A stretch of 61,147 nucleotides of DNA, counting the filler, from Sphacelaria rigidula (taxonomy: Eukaryota), in NCBI GenBank assembly GCA_964200075.2. It is 6 parts of 6 records of this genome, joined end to end, with 100 filler letters (N's around TTAATTAATTAA, not from the genome) between each part and the next. Parts side by side here need not be neighbours in the genome. Positions count along the whole stretch, not along the records: positions 51,042 to 61,147 come from CAXNAA020007126.1; 5 more parts are not named here. One strand, written 5' to 3'. Under the pieces are notes generated by a model. The model saw only the letters and a list, made by a program, of their open reading frames with translations, did not search any database and had not been told where the DNA came from. Positions 60,901 to 61,147 of the stretch are shown in pieces; the first letter of the stretch is position 1, and the number at the start of each line of letters is the position of its first letter. A program made the position numbers and the translations under genes.

Positions 60901-61147
60901 TGTCGAACGTTGAAGGCAGGTGTACAACTTACGAGCGCGACTCAACTTCGAAACTCAAAAGATGAGGGCTGGGGGGGGGGGGGGGGGGTCTACTCATAAT
61001 TTTGCATGATGTCGTGGTGGGAGGTGAGGTGGGGAGGGGAGGGGTAGTAGTCATGATTTTGCATGCCATAGTCATATGAGCTGGGCAAGCGTTGGCACGG
61101 GTTAAAGTTCTTGAGGCGATGTGTCATCGAGACAGCCCAATTGGGCC

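Noticed and set aside
1..61147. Sex-determining or non-recombining region, suggested by pseudogene and TE density
   Set aside because: Contigs are unlinked, short contigs are inherently repeat-enriched, and no known sex-locus gene was recognised

Overview
Eukaryotic, repeat-rich and gene-poor DNA, most consistent with a brown alga or related stramenopile. This is inferred from the ankyrin gene family signature, the LINE and Ty3/gypsy types, and GT-AG introns. The window is not one locus. It is six size-sorted contigs (10109, 10109, 10108, 10108, 10107 and 10106 bp) joined by 100-nt N/TTAATTAATTAA linkers. Recognisable genes are an intronless ankyrin-repeat gene (44778-46319, -) and six in-phase exons of a folate/biopterin (BT1/FBT) MFS transporter (55195-58736, +; 5' end unresolved). 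Two decayed, related chromovirus-like Ty3/gypsy LTR retrotransposons each retain one 258-bp LTR and have a WVDD RT motif. One has a 14-bp palindrome where the tRNA primer-binding site should be, which is the most interesting mechanistic lead. The rest is LINE 3' fragments, a tRNA-derived SINE, several MITE/foldback families (including a doubly nested insertion and a 45-bp pure-hairpin element with an 8-bp TSD), mini- and microsatellites, and fossil spliced genes of unknown family. No CRISPR array, rRNA or intact tRNA was found.
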